Shown in pieces: positions 14,741 to 34,652 of a DNA stretch of 64,000 nt. The position numbers and the translations under genes are program-made. Origin of the DNA: Chrysomallon squamiferum (taxonomy: Eukaryota; Animalia; Mollusca); contig CM022669.1 in assembly GCA_012295275.1 (NCBI GenBank), forward strand, positions 15,500,001-15,564,000, given 5' to 3'. Numbering within the stretch: position 1 is the first letter of the stretch; each line of letters starts with the position of its first letter. The notes under the pieces are model-generated. The model was not told where the DNA came from. It saw nothing but the letters and a program-made list of their open reading frames with translations, and did no database searches.

Positions 14741-15608
14741 TGCACACTAATGGTATATTATAAGATGATACATCAATGTATGAAATAACGCGCCTAGCTA
14801 ATCATCTCCTGGGGGATTCCAACCCAGACTGGTTTCTTTTCAGACTGGTCACAGGGTAAAATAAAATGTCTCTTAGGTGCTTTTCCTATGATGAAAAGTC
14901 AGCCAGATAAGCCATAAAATGCAGCTGAACTTTTTTTCATGTTAGACACGATCAGCTTATAGCTCATAATAATATCAATCATTTGCTTTGAAAATTCGTA
15001 AATTTTACCAAATTAAAAAAACATTTACGTTAAAAAATTTCACACAGCTAAGTGTTGTGCTTACGTTGCACAAAAAATCTTGCCTTCTCCTGATATTAGT
15101 TAGCTCCACAGTTCAGTTCTGTTCCGCATACAGGACACGCCTTCTGAACTTATCGTTCCCAACATGACATTTGACATCTCGCAGCGACCGGTTTGAAATT
15201 ATGCAGTCTTGGTCCGAGTCCCAGGGGTTTATTAACAAGAGATATTCTTTCTGCCTTATCAAATATTCCTTCTTGAGATATTCGCCGAGTTCAGAGGGTG
15301 CACGTATCTGGAGAGTTGTGCTAGAAGTTTCAATTGTCAAAGACATATATATTAAATGGTTAACTGATAACCCAGTATAACTGGACTAGGTTAGTCGTAC
15401 TATGGCACTAAGAGGAATATTAGTATTTTGTTTGGTAAGACACACGCACACGCACGCACACACACACACACACACACACATGCAAACATACATACATAGA
15501 TATATATAACTGAGAAATAAAGTCATTCAAAGAGATGGACGGAAAGAGGATGAATGAATGGACGGATGGATGGACACTTGTAAATGAAGAACTAATATAT
15601 TATATCTA

Positions 15609-15671
<63 letters not shown>

Positions 15672-15696
15672 ATATATATATATATATATATCTATC

Positions 15697-15732
<36 letters not shown>

Positions 15733-16279
15733 TTTATGTTTGCATGCGTACATGCGTCTATCCATCTCTATATTCGTCAGAGTATATCCATACATGCGTG
15801 CATGAATCACACTTCTGGCAATAATGAAAAGATATGCGATATTTTCATTATGTATCACATTATTAACATTGTTACAGAATAGATATATCGATTTCAAACG
15901 GATCATTCTTAAGTTTTGTTCAACACTTTGGAAGAAAATTAAGAGAAACACGATATTAATCATAAATGATCACGTATATTTAGTTTCTCGGAGTAGGCAA
16001 AAACAGTGGGCGTTTCGTTTGCTCTTCATTAAGATAGGAATTACCCGACTGATATTGAAACTGTAGAAGATTGATAGAGTTGGTCTAGTAATATTATTAT
16101 TCATCAGAAGACGAAATGAAATTTAGTTCGGAACATTCCTGTGTAAAGGAAGAGAAACGTATTGCATGTAGTCAGCAGTTTTTTTTGTTTTTTAATTATT
16201 ATTTTTTTAATTATTATTTAGTTTATAAAAAAGAAAATGAAAGGAAACGAGAAAGAAAGAAAAAGTAATTAAATTAATA

Positions 16280-16313
<34 letters not shown>

Positions 16314-17638
16314 TTAGAACGCTTCAAGGATATACACGAAATCTGTAACTCATATACTTTGAAGATTTAGATAAAGTGCTTGCTAAGGACTATTTTCTCC
16401 TTCGGATTTTTCTGGTTTTCTTAGGAATCTGTATTTTATTATATAATGTCTACAGGGATTTTCGGGATTACTGCTGTGTTTTGTAATAGAAAACAAAGAA
16501 AACGACGTGTAATGAAAGTCCATACTGTCAGTCATAAAGTGTTTATTACTCTATAAGGCTGAGAATCGTTGTTAATACTATTAGCTGATTTAGTCTTTTT
16601 TATTTCTTCCTTTTCTTCACGTTTTTATTTCTTCTTCATCTCATTTTAAAAATATTTTCTCTTTTTTATTTTTATTGTGCTGTACTAATACATGTTAAAC
16701 AACAACAACCCAAAAAAAAAAAGACAAAAAAAAACAAAAAAAAAAAGACAAAGAAGATAACGGAAAAAACAATAGCAAAAAAAAAAAAAAAAAAAGACTA
16801 AATAAGGATCCATAAAAACTGAGCTGTCTATTATTGTGTTTTTAATTTATTTATTTACTTTTTGTAAAATTAAAACTTGACGGTGTTTTTGAGGTATCGC
16901 AATGAAATTGTCAACAAATTTAATTCTAGAATGGTACATTGGGTTTTTCCTATTTTTATTGTTGTTCTCAGAATGATGCAACGAAGAAGTGTTCCATGAC
17001 ATGTATTTAGTATCATGTATTTCATTTAATTTTTTAAACTGAATTTTAGAACATGAGCATTAAAATATAATGATCTGACTGTTCTTAATTAATTTATTGT
17101 CGTCATCATCATCATCTTAATTTTCTTCATCCTTTCTTTATGTTATACATAATAATAATAATAATAATAACAACAACAACAACAACAATAATAATAACAG
17201 TGATGATGATGATGATCATAATAATAATATTAATAGTAGTAGTAGTAGTAATAGTAGTAACTGCACTTTATAGTAATAAGCAAACTATATCCAACGTTCT
17301 AAGTCTGAATTCTCTATCGAGATCAGAGCTTATGATCACAACAGGCATTTTTAAAAGTTCTCTTATGAAATTAGATTATCCACACACTGAACACTATATG
17401 TAGAATCTGTTTTCCAGCTTGTTTGTCACTCCGTCCAAACTCTCTAAGGCATTCTTTCAGATTCTCTTTTGAAAACGTGCCAAGGATTACCCGCACCCAG
17501 AATGATTCATATATTGCAATCCCTGCTTCTCTCCGTCCACCCTCAGCACTTCTTGCCTGCTTGCCATTCTAACAGTCTCTCTACCTCCCACCTACAACAG
17601 CCCATTCGAATCCATTTAACAACAGATTTTGAACCTTT

Positions 17639-18115
17639 TTCTTTCCTCTCGTAAAAAAGTACGCATCTATTACGACAACGTTACGTGCAGCATTTGGTGC
17701 AAACTGGAATGGATAAGCTCGTCATTTAGGGAATTGATACATTCTGACATATTAAACTAAAAAAAAAGAAGAAAGATGTAATTTGTCAATTGCTGCTGTT
17801 TTTATTTTATACCAGATTAAACAGAACGTGCGAAATAGTTTTTGAAAATCGCGAAGCGTTTTTAGCCTTCAGTATTTTCTTTTTGTTTTTCGTTTTGTTT
17901 TAAGTTTTTGTTTTCTGTTTCAGTTGGCAAAATAAATTGCTGTGTAAAGTAATCGCTTCTGCGCTCTGTTGCCCTATAATTGCTTTTTTTTTTTTTTTTT
18001 TTTTTTTTTTATTAAAGAAAAATTTCTCATATAAGGCACGGAACAAAAATTATCTATGTAAGTTTAAAATCTGGAATTGTTTTCGTGAAAAAATTTCTAA
18101 TTAGTTATACATATC

Positions 18116-18199
<84 letters not shown>
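17639..18199 (+). repeat. Dispersed, slightly diverged copy of a ~480 bp segment plus (GA)n tail also found at 29906-30476 and 31456-32034
   Basis: Shared sequence from TTCTTTCCTCTCGTAAAAAAGTACGCATC to TTATACATATCTGAG(GA)n with scattered substitutions; flanks differ. Confidence 0.93.
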
Positions 18200-18202
<3 letters not shown>

Positions 18203-19269
18203 TAATTTAAAAACTACCATGATTACTCAACGATTGTTAATTAATCAAGTAGTAATACTGCTACTTCAGATGCCGGCAGTCTTAATCCTGCTAATGTTAC
18301 TGCTATTACAGCTGCTGAAACCTATACTGCTGGAGATCAGAAAAACAATGCATTTATTTATCTTTTAAATAGATCTCTCGAAAATTTCACAAGACGAAAT
18401 TTCCCCATTAATCAGCTTTCACATATCAAAACTTTTACAAGGCCTCACGGAACCAATGCCCGTGATAAATAAAGCTGACCTCACGTTTGCACAAACCTTT
18501 GGCGAAGCCCCAGGTTGTCACTAAATAAGACCTTTTTTTTTCTTCTTCTCACGGACAATAATGAATGAATCAGAGCTAATTCAAGGCATGAACCCATATT
18601 AACCCCTGTTTACCCCCACAAGATTAGTTAGTGGCGGCACGGTAGATTATCAATTATGGTACCATCGGCAATTCGCTATCACTTCTCAATTATTACCAAA
18701 CGTAAATTGATAGTGGCGCCTTGGCCGTCGTTTTGAAAACAGCACACGAAACGCGATCGATTCATTGGTCTATAAAATTGACGAGTAATCAAATAAAACG
18801 CAGATTCTTTGAGAAAAAAGGCGTTGAACGAGAGCGATAGAGAGGGAGATATATATAGATCAAGAGAAAGAAATAATAATAAAAAAAAAAAAATGTGATG
18901 GTCTGTTTTGGCTTTTGAAAAAAACATAAAAAAACGGTTTTTAAAAATCGGTGTTACCTTTTTTTTTTTTTTTTTTTTTTTTAACAGTTTTCTTTTAATT
19001 TTCTTTTTCTTCAGTCCTATTTTCGTTTTAATGAAAACGTATTCATGTTTGAACGTGCGAAATGTTGTCTCATTGATTTTCTGTTTCCTATAATGTAGCT
19101 CTGATTAGCTTTTTTCGAAGAAAAAGAATACTGAGTGTTTCATTCAGAGACGAATAAATGAAATTTCGCTGCTGTACAAATTGGTGATTTATTTTTTTAA
19201 TACTGTTTCCAATTGAGATTTAATGCTTGAATGAGCTGAAAACGTGAAAGATATACTATAATGTGATAA

Positions 19270-19304
<35 letters not shown>

Positions 19305-20131
19305 GAAGAAAGAAAGAAAGAAAGAAAGGAAGAAAGAAAAATGGAAAAAATACGATGGATTAGAAGGATGATGATGAGAAGAAAAAATTGGAGATGAAGA
19401 AGACGAATACAAATAAAACGATGAATAAGAAAAAAGAAGAGAAAGATGAAGATCAGAATACGATCTTGACGATGATAACGAAGAGAACAAAAAAAAAAAT
19501 AAAAAAATAAAGAAAAAGAAGATGAAGTGGAATAAAAAAAGAAGAAATAACGGAAGAAAAAGAAAAGGACAATGATTTGGAAGAAAAAGGAAAAAGAAAA
19601 CGAAGAAAAGAAAAGAAAAAGAAAAAGAAATAGTGTCTAGAGGTTTATTTTGGTTTTGTTTAAATGTTTTAATAAAATTTGAATTAATTCTCACGATTAG
19701 TTAAATGATGTATCTTTTATTTTAACTTTACATAAATAAATAAATAATAACATTATTTTTTTCTGCATTAGGTTGATTTTGATTGATGATTTTTAATAAG
19801 TTCATTTGTCAAAATGTACGAAAATTTTGAAGTTTTTTTATATTTTTTTCCTACTTCTTTTTTTCCTACTTCTTTTTTCTTTAGAAAATTTAGCTTTGAA
19901 CTGTTAAGTGTATTAAGTTAAAGGAATGGTTGAAAATCAGGCCCTTTAATTTAGAATCCCCAAATAGAAAACACTTTTAATGTTATGACAGCTAAGTGAA
20001 ACATGCGACATTTTTCTTTTTATACATGCAATGTCGATAAACTAAAATTTCAAAAAAAAAAAAAAAAAAAAAAAAATAAATAAATAAATAATAATAATAA
20101 TAATAATAATAGAGAGAAGAAAAGAAAAAAA

Positions 20132-20163
<32 letters not shown>

Positions 20164-20744
20164 AAGAAAACATTTTAATCATGATAAACATGTAAGCAAT
20201 AATGAAAGGCAAATAAGTCTTCAACGTGTTTACGGTAGCGGTCAGGATATTCGTTCTTGTTCCTATCAAACAATCTCTGCGTATTTACTGCGTTGAAGCG
20301 AGAACCATTTCTGTACGTACTTGCGTGTTCATAGTATTATTACTACTCGTCACTACAGAGAACGGAAAATAGCACTTAATTACTGCTGATATTAGCTCCT
20401 GTGGCAAAAGCTGTTGTCGATTGATGTATTTACCGTAAGATTAGATAGACAGACAGACAGACATACACAAACACCCATACAGACATAAATAGACAGATAG
20501 ACAGGCATGCATATACATTCATACAAAGATAAAAACTCTTACAGACATACAGATAGAAGGACAGATAGTTAAATAGACAGATTGACAGACAGAGGTAGTA
20601 TATAGATAGATATATATATATATAGATAGATAGATAAATAGACAGATAGATTTGGTGATATATAGATATAGGCAGAAAGAAAGCGGATTATAATAAAGCG
20701 TTTTGAAAAGTAATGCAATCAATCAATCGGTAATAATAATAATA

Positions 20745-20783
<39 letters not shown>

Positions 20784-21222
20784 CCCATTAACGGTATCAA
20801 CACGTCAAAAGTGCACGGAAGGGAATTTTTACTAATAGGTAGATTCGATAATTACTTTCTTTCTGTTATGCTGTAAAAATATTGTTTTCAATTACAATCA
20901 GTTTTAGACATAATTACTAATTGTTACTGTTTACTCAAAAAGAATATATGTTCTGACTACAGAATGATAAAAACTGCAGACTGTCTGTCTAGGTCGACTC
21001 CCTTAGTTAAACAAGAATTATCACTGAATAGGATATAAGTGTAGAAAATCTTGAAACTGAAAAAGAAAGAATAAAAGATATGAATAGGTCAAGATCCACT
21101 TCCTAAGATTACGTTGGAAACTATTATGATAGAATACATTTAGAGATAGTACCATAAACACACATATACATAATAAACACATAAGTAAAGACAAGATACA
21201 CTCATCCATATGAACAGACAGA

Positions 21223-21319
<97 letters not shown>

Positions 21320-23852
21320 CTCTCTCTCTCTTTCTTATTACCAAACATCGTTATTTCCATGCTAATTTATTAAAAATACATCATCGTATTCAAACACACA
21401 AACACACAAACCCCTAAAAAAAAAAAAAAAAAACCCAAACCGGATCCTTTTATAAATGTAGTGATTTCAGTGAAAAAGAGTTGTGAAACACCACCTGTTT
21501 TCTCCCAGCGGTCAAAAATAATATTACTTACTTAGTTAGAAATATAAAAAGAGATATTTTCCACCGCAGTGCTCTTGTCTGTGACCCAGACAAGGACACG
21601 GTTTTCAATAGAGGGGTCAGAAGGATAATGAACGTTTTTTCTCTTCTATTTAATCCATAAAATATTTGACGCTATCGAAACGCTTGGCTATGCGAATCGA
21701 TTTTGAATTTAAACAGTAATTGATTGCCATGATCAGTGACAATTTGAGGTTGCAGATAATGGTTATATGCACCCATAACGTTCTTTGGATCACTGCAAAC
21801 GTGTTAATAGGCAGCGAACATTGAAACACTTTTGCCCTGGGCACACAAAAAACACCTTACGGGCTTGTCTTGCTTATGAAATACAATCTTTAATGCGATG
21901 CAGCGAACGGTGTCGTTATCTCACTACTTAACCGTAGAACAGAATCGATTCTGGAAATTTTGTACTCTGAAGTCAAATGGTCACCCACACGTACAAAGTC
22001 ACAAATGTTCAAATACAAATACCTAAAAAAAAAATCTTATCTTTAATAGAGACCATTTTGTTGTTGTTGTTGTTGTTGTTGTTATTTTTACTACTACTAT
22101 TATTATTGTTATTATTACTATTACGGTTATTAGTTATTACTATTACTATTATTATTATTGTTGATGTTATTGCTGTTGTTGTTGCTTTTGCTGTTGCTGT
22201 TGTTGTTGATGTTGCTTGGTTATGTATGCTGCATACCTGCTGTTTCTATGGCTGTTATCAAGTAGTCGACGTAACGCTATTGTTACATCAAAAAAGTAAT
22301 TGCGGTTGACAAACATGACGTAATTCTTTGGTTAGGGGTCTTTTATTTTCAAGCTGATTTGTTACGTTGTGTTTGTCTGTCGAAAAAACAGTCAACCGTT
22401 TACATTACACAATGAGAGAGATTTATCCCTCTGTTGGAAAGGTCGCGTATAACATATACTTTGATAATATGTAACAGACACCATATATATGGTCAAATAA
22501 ATGTATGTACTGTGAACTCATAATGATTCGCCTACAGCTATAACTATATATTATGACATTTTTTTTCTTCTTCTGCGTGATGATAAATGTGAAAAGAAAT
22601 ATACTGAAACGGATTTGAATTAGACGTGAAACCTGTGACGGAAGATCAGTTACAGATAAGCGTCTATATCGTAAATCTTTTGAACAGATGTTTTTTAAAA
22701 ACCGGTGTTGAGATACGATCTCGGAGCCTGTGAATCATGATGTGTCCTAAAGGCGTGGTTTTAGCATGACGAATAAGACAAAGGATTTAGACAAAGTATC
22801 GAGTCAGTGTGTCACAGGTTGATGAGACAGAAACGAGTTTGGAGAATTTGGTTACCTCATCAGTTTATTCAGAGGCCGTTGAAGGCGAACCTGTGTGTAA
22901 AAATCGGTGACTAGTAATGATAAAAGAGGTTAGCTTACACACTGCAGTAATCACATTAGTATGTTTCTGTATTTGGAAAATCACAGTAAACCTTTTTTTT
23001 TTTTTTTTCATATAGAACCAAACCAGACGCAGACACACACAGACACATACAAAAATCACATACCATAGAAACATACTACAAATATACATACGTATAAACA
23101 CATACATACAAACAGAAAATTTCAGACACAAACATAGAGATGTTATCAGTTGGAACGATAAAAAATAAAAAATAAAAAATAAACCCCAAACAATTAGCTA
23201 TTGGAACGTGACAAAAGAGTTATCGGACTTGTTTTGAGTATAATGCTTATCAAAACAAACTCGCTTACAGCTTAAAGAAAACGTCAGTGTTTGACTACAC
23301 ACACTTTCTCTCAGCTGACTAATAATCGAATATTTAGCAACAAGGAATAACTGGCTAGCTTATTTGCTTGCCAGTGTCATGTATGTATATACAAGAGATA
23401 TTTACAGTTATGTATTGTAATTTTTTTTAAAACAAATATATACTTATAACATTACCAAACACATAAACACAGTTACATGATATTTGTGAGTATATCTAAG
23501 TATACGTTTTTGTGTTTCGGTGTGTTTGTTCGCGCATGCGTATAAATGTGTGTTAGTGTGTGTTAGTGTGTGTGTATGTGTGTGTATGTATGAATGTGCT
23601 TGCAAGTATTAAAAAAGTATATTAGGTTATTTACTTCTAAAAAAAAAAAAAAAAAAAAATATATATTTCACAGTATCTACGTATAACTCAAAAACGTTTT
23701 AAAATATTATAAAAAAAATTCTTTTGAAAATCTAATATTATGGCCCCGATCGTTAAACCTTCAGAATTAAGTCTAAAAATTCTGTCTGACTTTTTAGCAG
23801 AGTTAAATGAATAATGAAAAATACCTTGTTTTTGGTTCAAATACTTTAAAAT

Positions 23853-23887
<35 letters not shown>

Positions 23888-24768
23888 ACAATTACATTAT
23901 TTATTATTTTTAAAATATATATCTCCAAAGCTCAGTAAGTTGCTGAATACACATTTAATTGTTCTTCTTGAAACTTTTATTAAATACTGTATTTTATCTT
24001 GATATTAAGATTTCGACATGTTTGCTAAAAGTTATGAACCTTGTTTAACGAACAAATGAAAGAAATTTTGCCATTTGTTAAATAAACAGTGTTGAAGTTC
24101 TTTAACAGACAGAAAAACATGCACAGCTATTAAGGTAATTTACATGAAGTCTTCTGTGTCAAAGAAAACATCGTAAAAATTATTTAAAAACTATAAAAAA
24201 AAAAAAAATAAAAAAAAAAAATAAAAAAATACTTACACTTACAATTTATTTCGAAATTTCCGACGTTCTCCAAAGAATAATCAACAAAACTTAGTTTTCG
24301 AATGAAAATTCTCCATTCGTCGAATCAAGATCATCATTAAAAAAAAAAAAAAAACATCGTTTCTTTTCTTTTTTCTCTTTTTTTACTTTTCGAAATAAAA
24401 TAAATTCATAACAGAACTAAAACAAATAAAAACTGATTAAACAAATAAAAGTGAAAAAATAAAATAAAATAAAAAATAAAATAATAATAATAATAATAAT
24501 AATAATAATTGAAGAAGGAATGAAGGAACATAAAGTCACATCCTTTTTCGCGAATTAATCCGTTGAATTTAATCTTGGGAGCCGCAACTCGCGAAAACCA
24601 ACCTGACGTCCATCAATCAATATATTCGCCAGAGTTCTTAGCGGCCAGCATTTGTTCTACCAATCCGTAACGTTTTACAAGACGCAGCGGAATAGCGAGT
24701 TCTTACCGCTAGCTCTGACCGAGTGGAAATGTTCGGAGTGAACGCACCGCTGTAATCGATTAAGAAAG

Positions 24769-24774
<6 letters not shown>

Positions 24775-24859
<85 letters not shown>

Positions 24860-25070
24860 CAGGCTGCAGTCAGAGGGAGTCAGAGAAAGATAGACAGACA
24901 GACACACAGAGACATAGATAAACATAGAGACAGATAGAGACAGAGAGAGAAAGATAGATAGACAGACACACAGAGACATAGATAAACATAGAGACAGATA
25001 GAGACAGAGAGAGAGAAGAGAGAGAAAGATAGACAGACACACAGAGACATAGATAAACATAGAGACAGAT

Positions 25071-25152
<82 letters not shown>
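24775..25152. repeat. Compound (GA)n locus with three ~65-bp higher-order units between two pure GA tracts
   Basis: GAAAGATAGACAGACACACAGAGACATAGATAAACATAGAGACAGATAGAGACAGAGAG occurs three times in ~24885-25080. Confidence 0.88.
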
Positions 25153-25155
<3 letters not shown>

Positions 25156-25775
25156 AACAGACAAAGCAACAGTAACAAAAGAAGAAAAACACAAGAAAAT
25201 CTTGAGTAAAAACAAAAAACTACGGAAAATAAAGTTTATCAGAGAAACAGAACTGTTCCGCATAAATGAGTATCAAATATAAGAGGGGAAAATGATTTTA
25301 AGAGAAAGAAGGGATTACCTTGCATTTAATGTGAGCAAATAGTCTATCTAGACGGGATAGCTTAGACGTAAACGTGATTTCGAAAATGTTTTGAAATTTA
25401 TTGTTTTCTTTGCTCTCCTACACACACGCACACACACTCACACACACAGAGTGAGTAACTCTTCTGGGAATTAGCAGTAAACAGGTTTCTTTGAAGGAAA
25501 ACAAACTGGACATGTTGAAGGGTTATCGTCAGAAAATAAATATACACTGTGTAGATAGATTTAGAGCCTGAAGGATGATCGTCAAATGATCGAATAAAAT
25601 AAGAAACAGAAAAAAGAAATATAATTCTCATCTTTTCTTTTATTTCTTTTCTTTCTTTTTTTTTGGTTATTATTATTTTTTTTTTCTTTCCTTCATACTT
25701 TCGTTAATTAACATTAAATTGAAATTAAATTAAATTAAAATAAAGTAAAGAAGAAATGATAGTTAATACATTATA

Positions 25776-26597
<822 letters not shown>

Positions 26598-26788
26598 CAT
26601 ACGTATTTCAGATATACACTGTTTTATGTCTGAATGAAGACACTAAATGAATGATGTAATGATTGAAAGAACTGACGGACGAATGAAATAATTAAGCACA
26701 ATTTATGCTTTCTTCAGCCTATTTCAGTGACCGACAGATTCGCTATAAATAAAACATAATCAACGGTGAGTACTCATCAATTAAATGG

Positions 26789-26824
<36 letters not shown>

Positions 26825-27207
26825 AGAGAAAATATGTTTTGGCATTAATAAAATATCATTTGACCGAAATATCCTAATTCTCTTAATCTACTATTGACAT
26901 AGCCATCGGCTACACTACATTTAATACTCTTACCGCATCGGTTCTCTCCTACATTCCATCTGTCTGTCTTTCCGTGCTATCTGTCTAAGGTTATTAACTT
27001 CAAAGAGCAATTAATTTCAGTACAGGCAATATATAGTTTCTCTGAAGGTCAGTATGAATGTTTTACCGTGTATGAGTCGAAATACATCAAACCAGTCTGC
27101 ATCATAATTATACGAGATCGAATGACGTACGTAAAACACGTATATATTACGTAGTTAGTGAATACAGATATATACTTCATATATGTGCGTAAGTGCGCGT
27201 GTGTGCG

Positions 27208-27238
<31 letters not shown>

Positions 27239-29352
27239 CTGTATGTGATTGTTTTGTTTTTGAACACTATCATACGCCATAAACGATAAGCTGTTATTTA
27301 ATAGTCGCGCTATACGCATTGATTCAAATATTAGTGGAAATACGTATTACCGTATTATATACGATAAGTGAATAGAAATAGTAATGAAAAAGAAAATTAA
27401 CGGATAACAAAACCAAACAAAAATAACAAAAGGAAAAAAAAAAAAAAAAGAAGAAGAAAAAACCCAACAAAAATCAACAAACAAGACTCATTATAACAAT
27501 ACAACATTCGTACACCCATTTAAACACCCACTTCTGTTTATAACATTTCTTTTCTTTTTCCTTTAGCAGTCAACGACATACCACTCGTAAAATAGTCTTC
27601 TAAAGAAAAAAAGAAAAAAAAACGCCGAACATATTCATTTATATCAGATCACTTACAAACACCTACGTATTATGTAAATGCATATCACGCAGATGCAAAC
27701 GAGTCTGTTGTTTATTTACAACAAATGAAAAACGTAGTCCATTAACGTTCACAAAAAGTCTTCTAGAATCATCATTAACGAAACCCCATTGCTCCAGTCA
27801 GTTATACTGCAACATGAATTAGTCCCCGCTGGGCAGTAAGTTCACATTACAGAAGTATACATCCTTCTCAAAAACTGATAGGTTTAACCGTTAAATAATG
27901 TATTGGAGTATAGCACGCTTCATCGTTCCTTTTTGGTATTTACGTAACATAAAACTGACAACAAGTGTTAAAATTTTGCTCGCTAAAAAAAAAAAAAAAA
28001 AAAAAAAAGGTTTTAGTGTGTCCATGACAGCGTACTCAATCCATTTTCTAAATGAAGTGTGAGGAAATAAATGTATGTTAGAGATACAGCATGAAACATC
28101 TCTCTACTTACCGATTTATCTACAGTTTCAGTTGTCTGTCTGTCTACGTCTACGTCAATGTCTGTCGCTGTTCGTGCGCACTTGTCCGTCTCGGTGTGTA
28201 TGTCGATCTGTTTATGTCTGTCTGTATTTGTCTGAGTTCATACGTATGTCTGTCTGTCTCTGACTCTTTTTTTGTTTGTTTTGTATTGTCCCTTCCTCTA
28301 TTTTATTTGAATTTTCCGCGTATTTAATCCGTGGATTCATCTTCTCTGATAGCAAAACCAATGTTTGCTTGTAATTAAATTGACAGACTCGAAAAATGTC
28401 ATAACACTTCGTCATGAGAAAAAAAAGAAGAAAAAAAAAAGGTTTTTCAAACAGAACGCTTCCGCTATTGTACAATTATCTTTGAAAAGACGGAAGAGTC
28501 ACTAGAGGATTATAGAGACACTATCAAAAAAAAAAAAAAAAAAAAAAAAAATGGAACTGAGGTAAAACAAAATGATAGCGAAACCTTATACACATAATAC
28601 AATTGTCACATCACAGAATCACTTCATTCTGACTTAGTTTTCAGATGTAGCTGACCTTATTATGGCGACATCAAAAATATGACATCAAAGAGAAAATCTG
28701 TCCTTTATAATAAACAAAAACAATAATAATGATGTTCTGTCTTTCTGGCAATTTGTGAAGCAAATACTGTATTATTTCTATTACGTAGTAATAGTAGAAC
28801 AAGAAATTTAGAATTATAATTTTAAGTAAAATAAATATTTTATTTATGATGATGATGTCGATGAAGATGATAATGATAATTTTGATACTGTTGATGACAG
28901 TGTGATGATAATACTGATAATAATGATGATGAAGAAGAAGATGATGATGATGTCGACGTAAACTATCCTAGTCTTTGGACCACAACGATCATGGGAATCA
29001 TCATGATTATGAGACTACAACGACAACTACGGTGACGATGAGAGTACTGTTGTACCGAAGACACGAAACATTAAATACTTCTAACTGTTGCTGATCGTAA
29101 CACCGGTGTCTCGTTGACAACTGATGTTGCTGTTGCAGCAGAAAAGCAGTGGTAGCAATAGTAATAAGACTGATGTTATAAGTGAGTGGGGCAGGTGATA
29201 GTTTCCTGGGTAATAAATAATTTACTGTCTTTGCATGATGTTAGTCACACAAATACTGTGTGCTTGTGTATATATATACATACATACATACATTCATACA
29301 TTCATACACATTCATTCATATATATATATACATACATACATACATATATATT

Positions 29353-29387
<35 letters not shown>

Positions 29388-29415
29388 ACGATACGTATAT
29401 ATCCATCATAAATTA

Positions 29416-29453
<38 letters not shown>

Positions 29454-29454
29454 A

Positions 29455-32562
<3,108 letters not shown>

Positions 32563-32712
32563 AATGACTACCGTCCTCGTTGTTGTCACAGTCACCGTCA
32601 TTGCTATCATCCACATTGTTTAGTGCTCATTGCAATCGTGAACATTATCACAGTCATTTTTGTGATGTATATCCACTATTATCAGTTGGACACAATGATG
32701 ATTAAAATACAC

Positions 32713-32795
<83 letters not shown>

Positions 32796-33686
32796 GGCAA
32801 GGCAAGGCACATTTTGATATTACTATCTTACAATTACACCAACAGCTATCAATAGCACTATGCAAGATACAATAGGAAAGGAGCATCTTATGTTCACTAA
32901 AATATTAGTGTCATCAGCAGCCCACCAATTGTAACATACCACGGTCCGTTTTATAATAATTATCTAAGTTCATAATATCATCATCATCTTTATTATCACT
33001 GTGATCATCTTATCTTCATCATCATTATCATTATCATCGTAATATCATCATCGTCACCATTATCATGATTATCACTGTCATCATAATTATCATCAGATCA
33101 TTCTATTTTTTAATTATTATTTCTAATTTCTTGTCTTACGACAATTAAAAAAAAATAGCAATAAATTTTCATTAGTTCTTCTACATTTCAACAGACAAAT
33201 TCTCCTTTGATGTTAGAATTGTAATGTAACGATCATGTGAGTACAAATGACAAAAAAGTTCAAATAAAATGACTTAATGACATGAAAATCACGTGAATAT
33301 GAGGTTTCGTTCAAATCAAAGTCATTCTTTGTATTCGAAAATCTCTGTTTCCGCCAGTGACCTTACTAATCTTTCAAAAATATCTGTAGACAGCCAAAAC
33401 CTTGAGAAAAAAAAAAAAAAAAAAAAAAATCAAATATAATGATTAATGATGAAGTACAAACGACATTTTCTAATTACATTTCTTTATTTAGTAAAAACAG
33501 AAATGCACGTGCTTTAAGAAATAAAGCTCAGTGCTTTTATAAAATTACGATACTTTAACCTTTGATAGAATAAAAAAAGTTATGGCTTAAATAGCTAGAG
33601 AATCTATAAGGGAGATAAAAGAAAGAGTCAGGAAAAAAGATTAACAGAGAAAAATGGATAGATAAGACTTGAAGATAAAGATAGAT

Positions 33687-33774
<88 letters not shown>

Positions 33775-34621
33775 GTCTGGATAAAGAGAAAACCGATGAG
33801 TAGACAGGTTGCTAAGTAGAAAAGTGTTAGATAGACTGATTTGTAGATACTTGGATCAAACGATAGATAAAACACAGTAGAACATTTTTATAAGCACTTT
33901 GTTGATGACGGTTGTATACAGGATACCGATACAAATGTATAGACACAGACACACACATATAAATATACACAGACAGACAGACATAGAATAGAGAGGCAGG
34001 TAGATAACTAGATATATAGACAGGTATATAGGTAGATAGGTAGACAGGTAGATAGATAGATGGATAGACAAAGATAGAAAAATTGAAACTTTTAAAAATG
34101 AAACGAGAGAACATATTTTTATTATTTATTTTCTTTAGAAACAAAATTTCCTACCAGTCTTCATGTTTAATCAGGTTATATCTGTAATGTAGTTTTTATT
34201 AAACACATTGTTATTATTAAATTTATTATTTATTCGTTTCTAAAATATAAGAGATTTTTGATACTTCACGTATTCGGAAAGTAAAAAAAAAAAAAAAATG
34301 TGAATTTCATAACGTAGGAAACAAAAAAGTTATTTGCTTCAGTTGTTAAAATGTTCTTCAATATCAGTGGATCAATATTTTTCATTTGCCTGCGAATTAA
34401 ATTCACCATTTTACTTGAAGTTAATAAGATTATATGTACTTTCCCGTTTCTTTCTACATACAGATACAGAAGCAAAGTTTAAAATTTCCCTTTAACAATA
34501 AAAATATATATTTTATGCCTGATTCCAATGAAAAGACTGTATTGCTCTGGCTATAGTACATTTATTTTTAGAATAAAGTTATGCACAAAGGCCTGAATGC
34601 TTTTGTCTTCGCGCATTTCCT

Positions 34622-34652
<31 letters not shown>

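Noticed and set aside
15113-15380. Two short non-repetitive overlapping ORFs
   Set aside because: No recognisable domain or convincing splice frame; could be UTR or decayed repeat.
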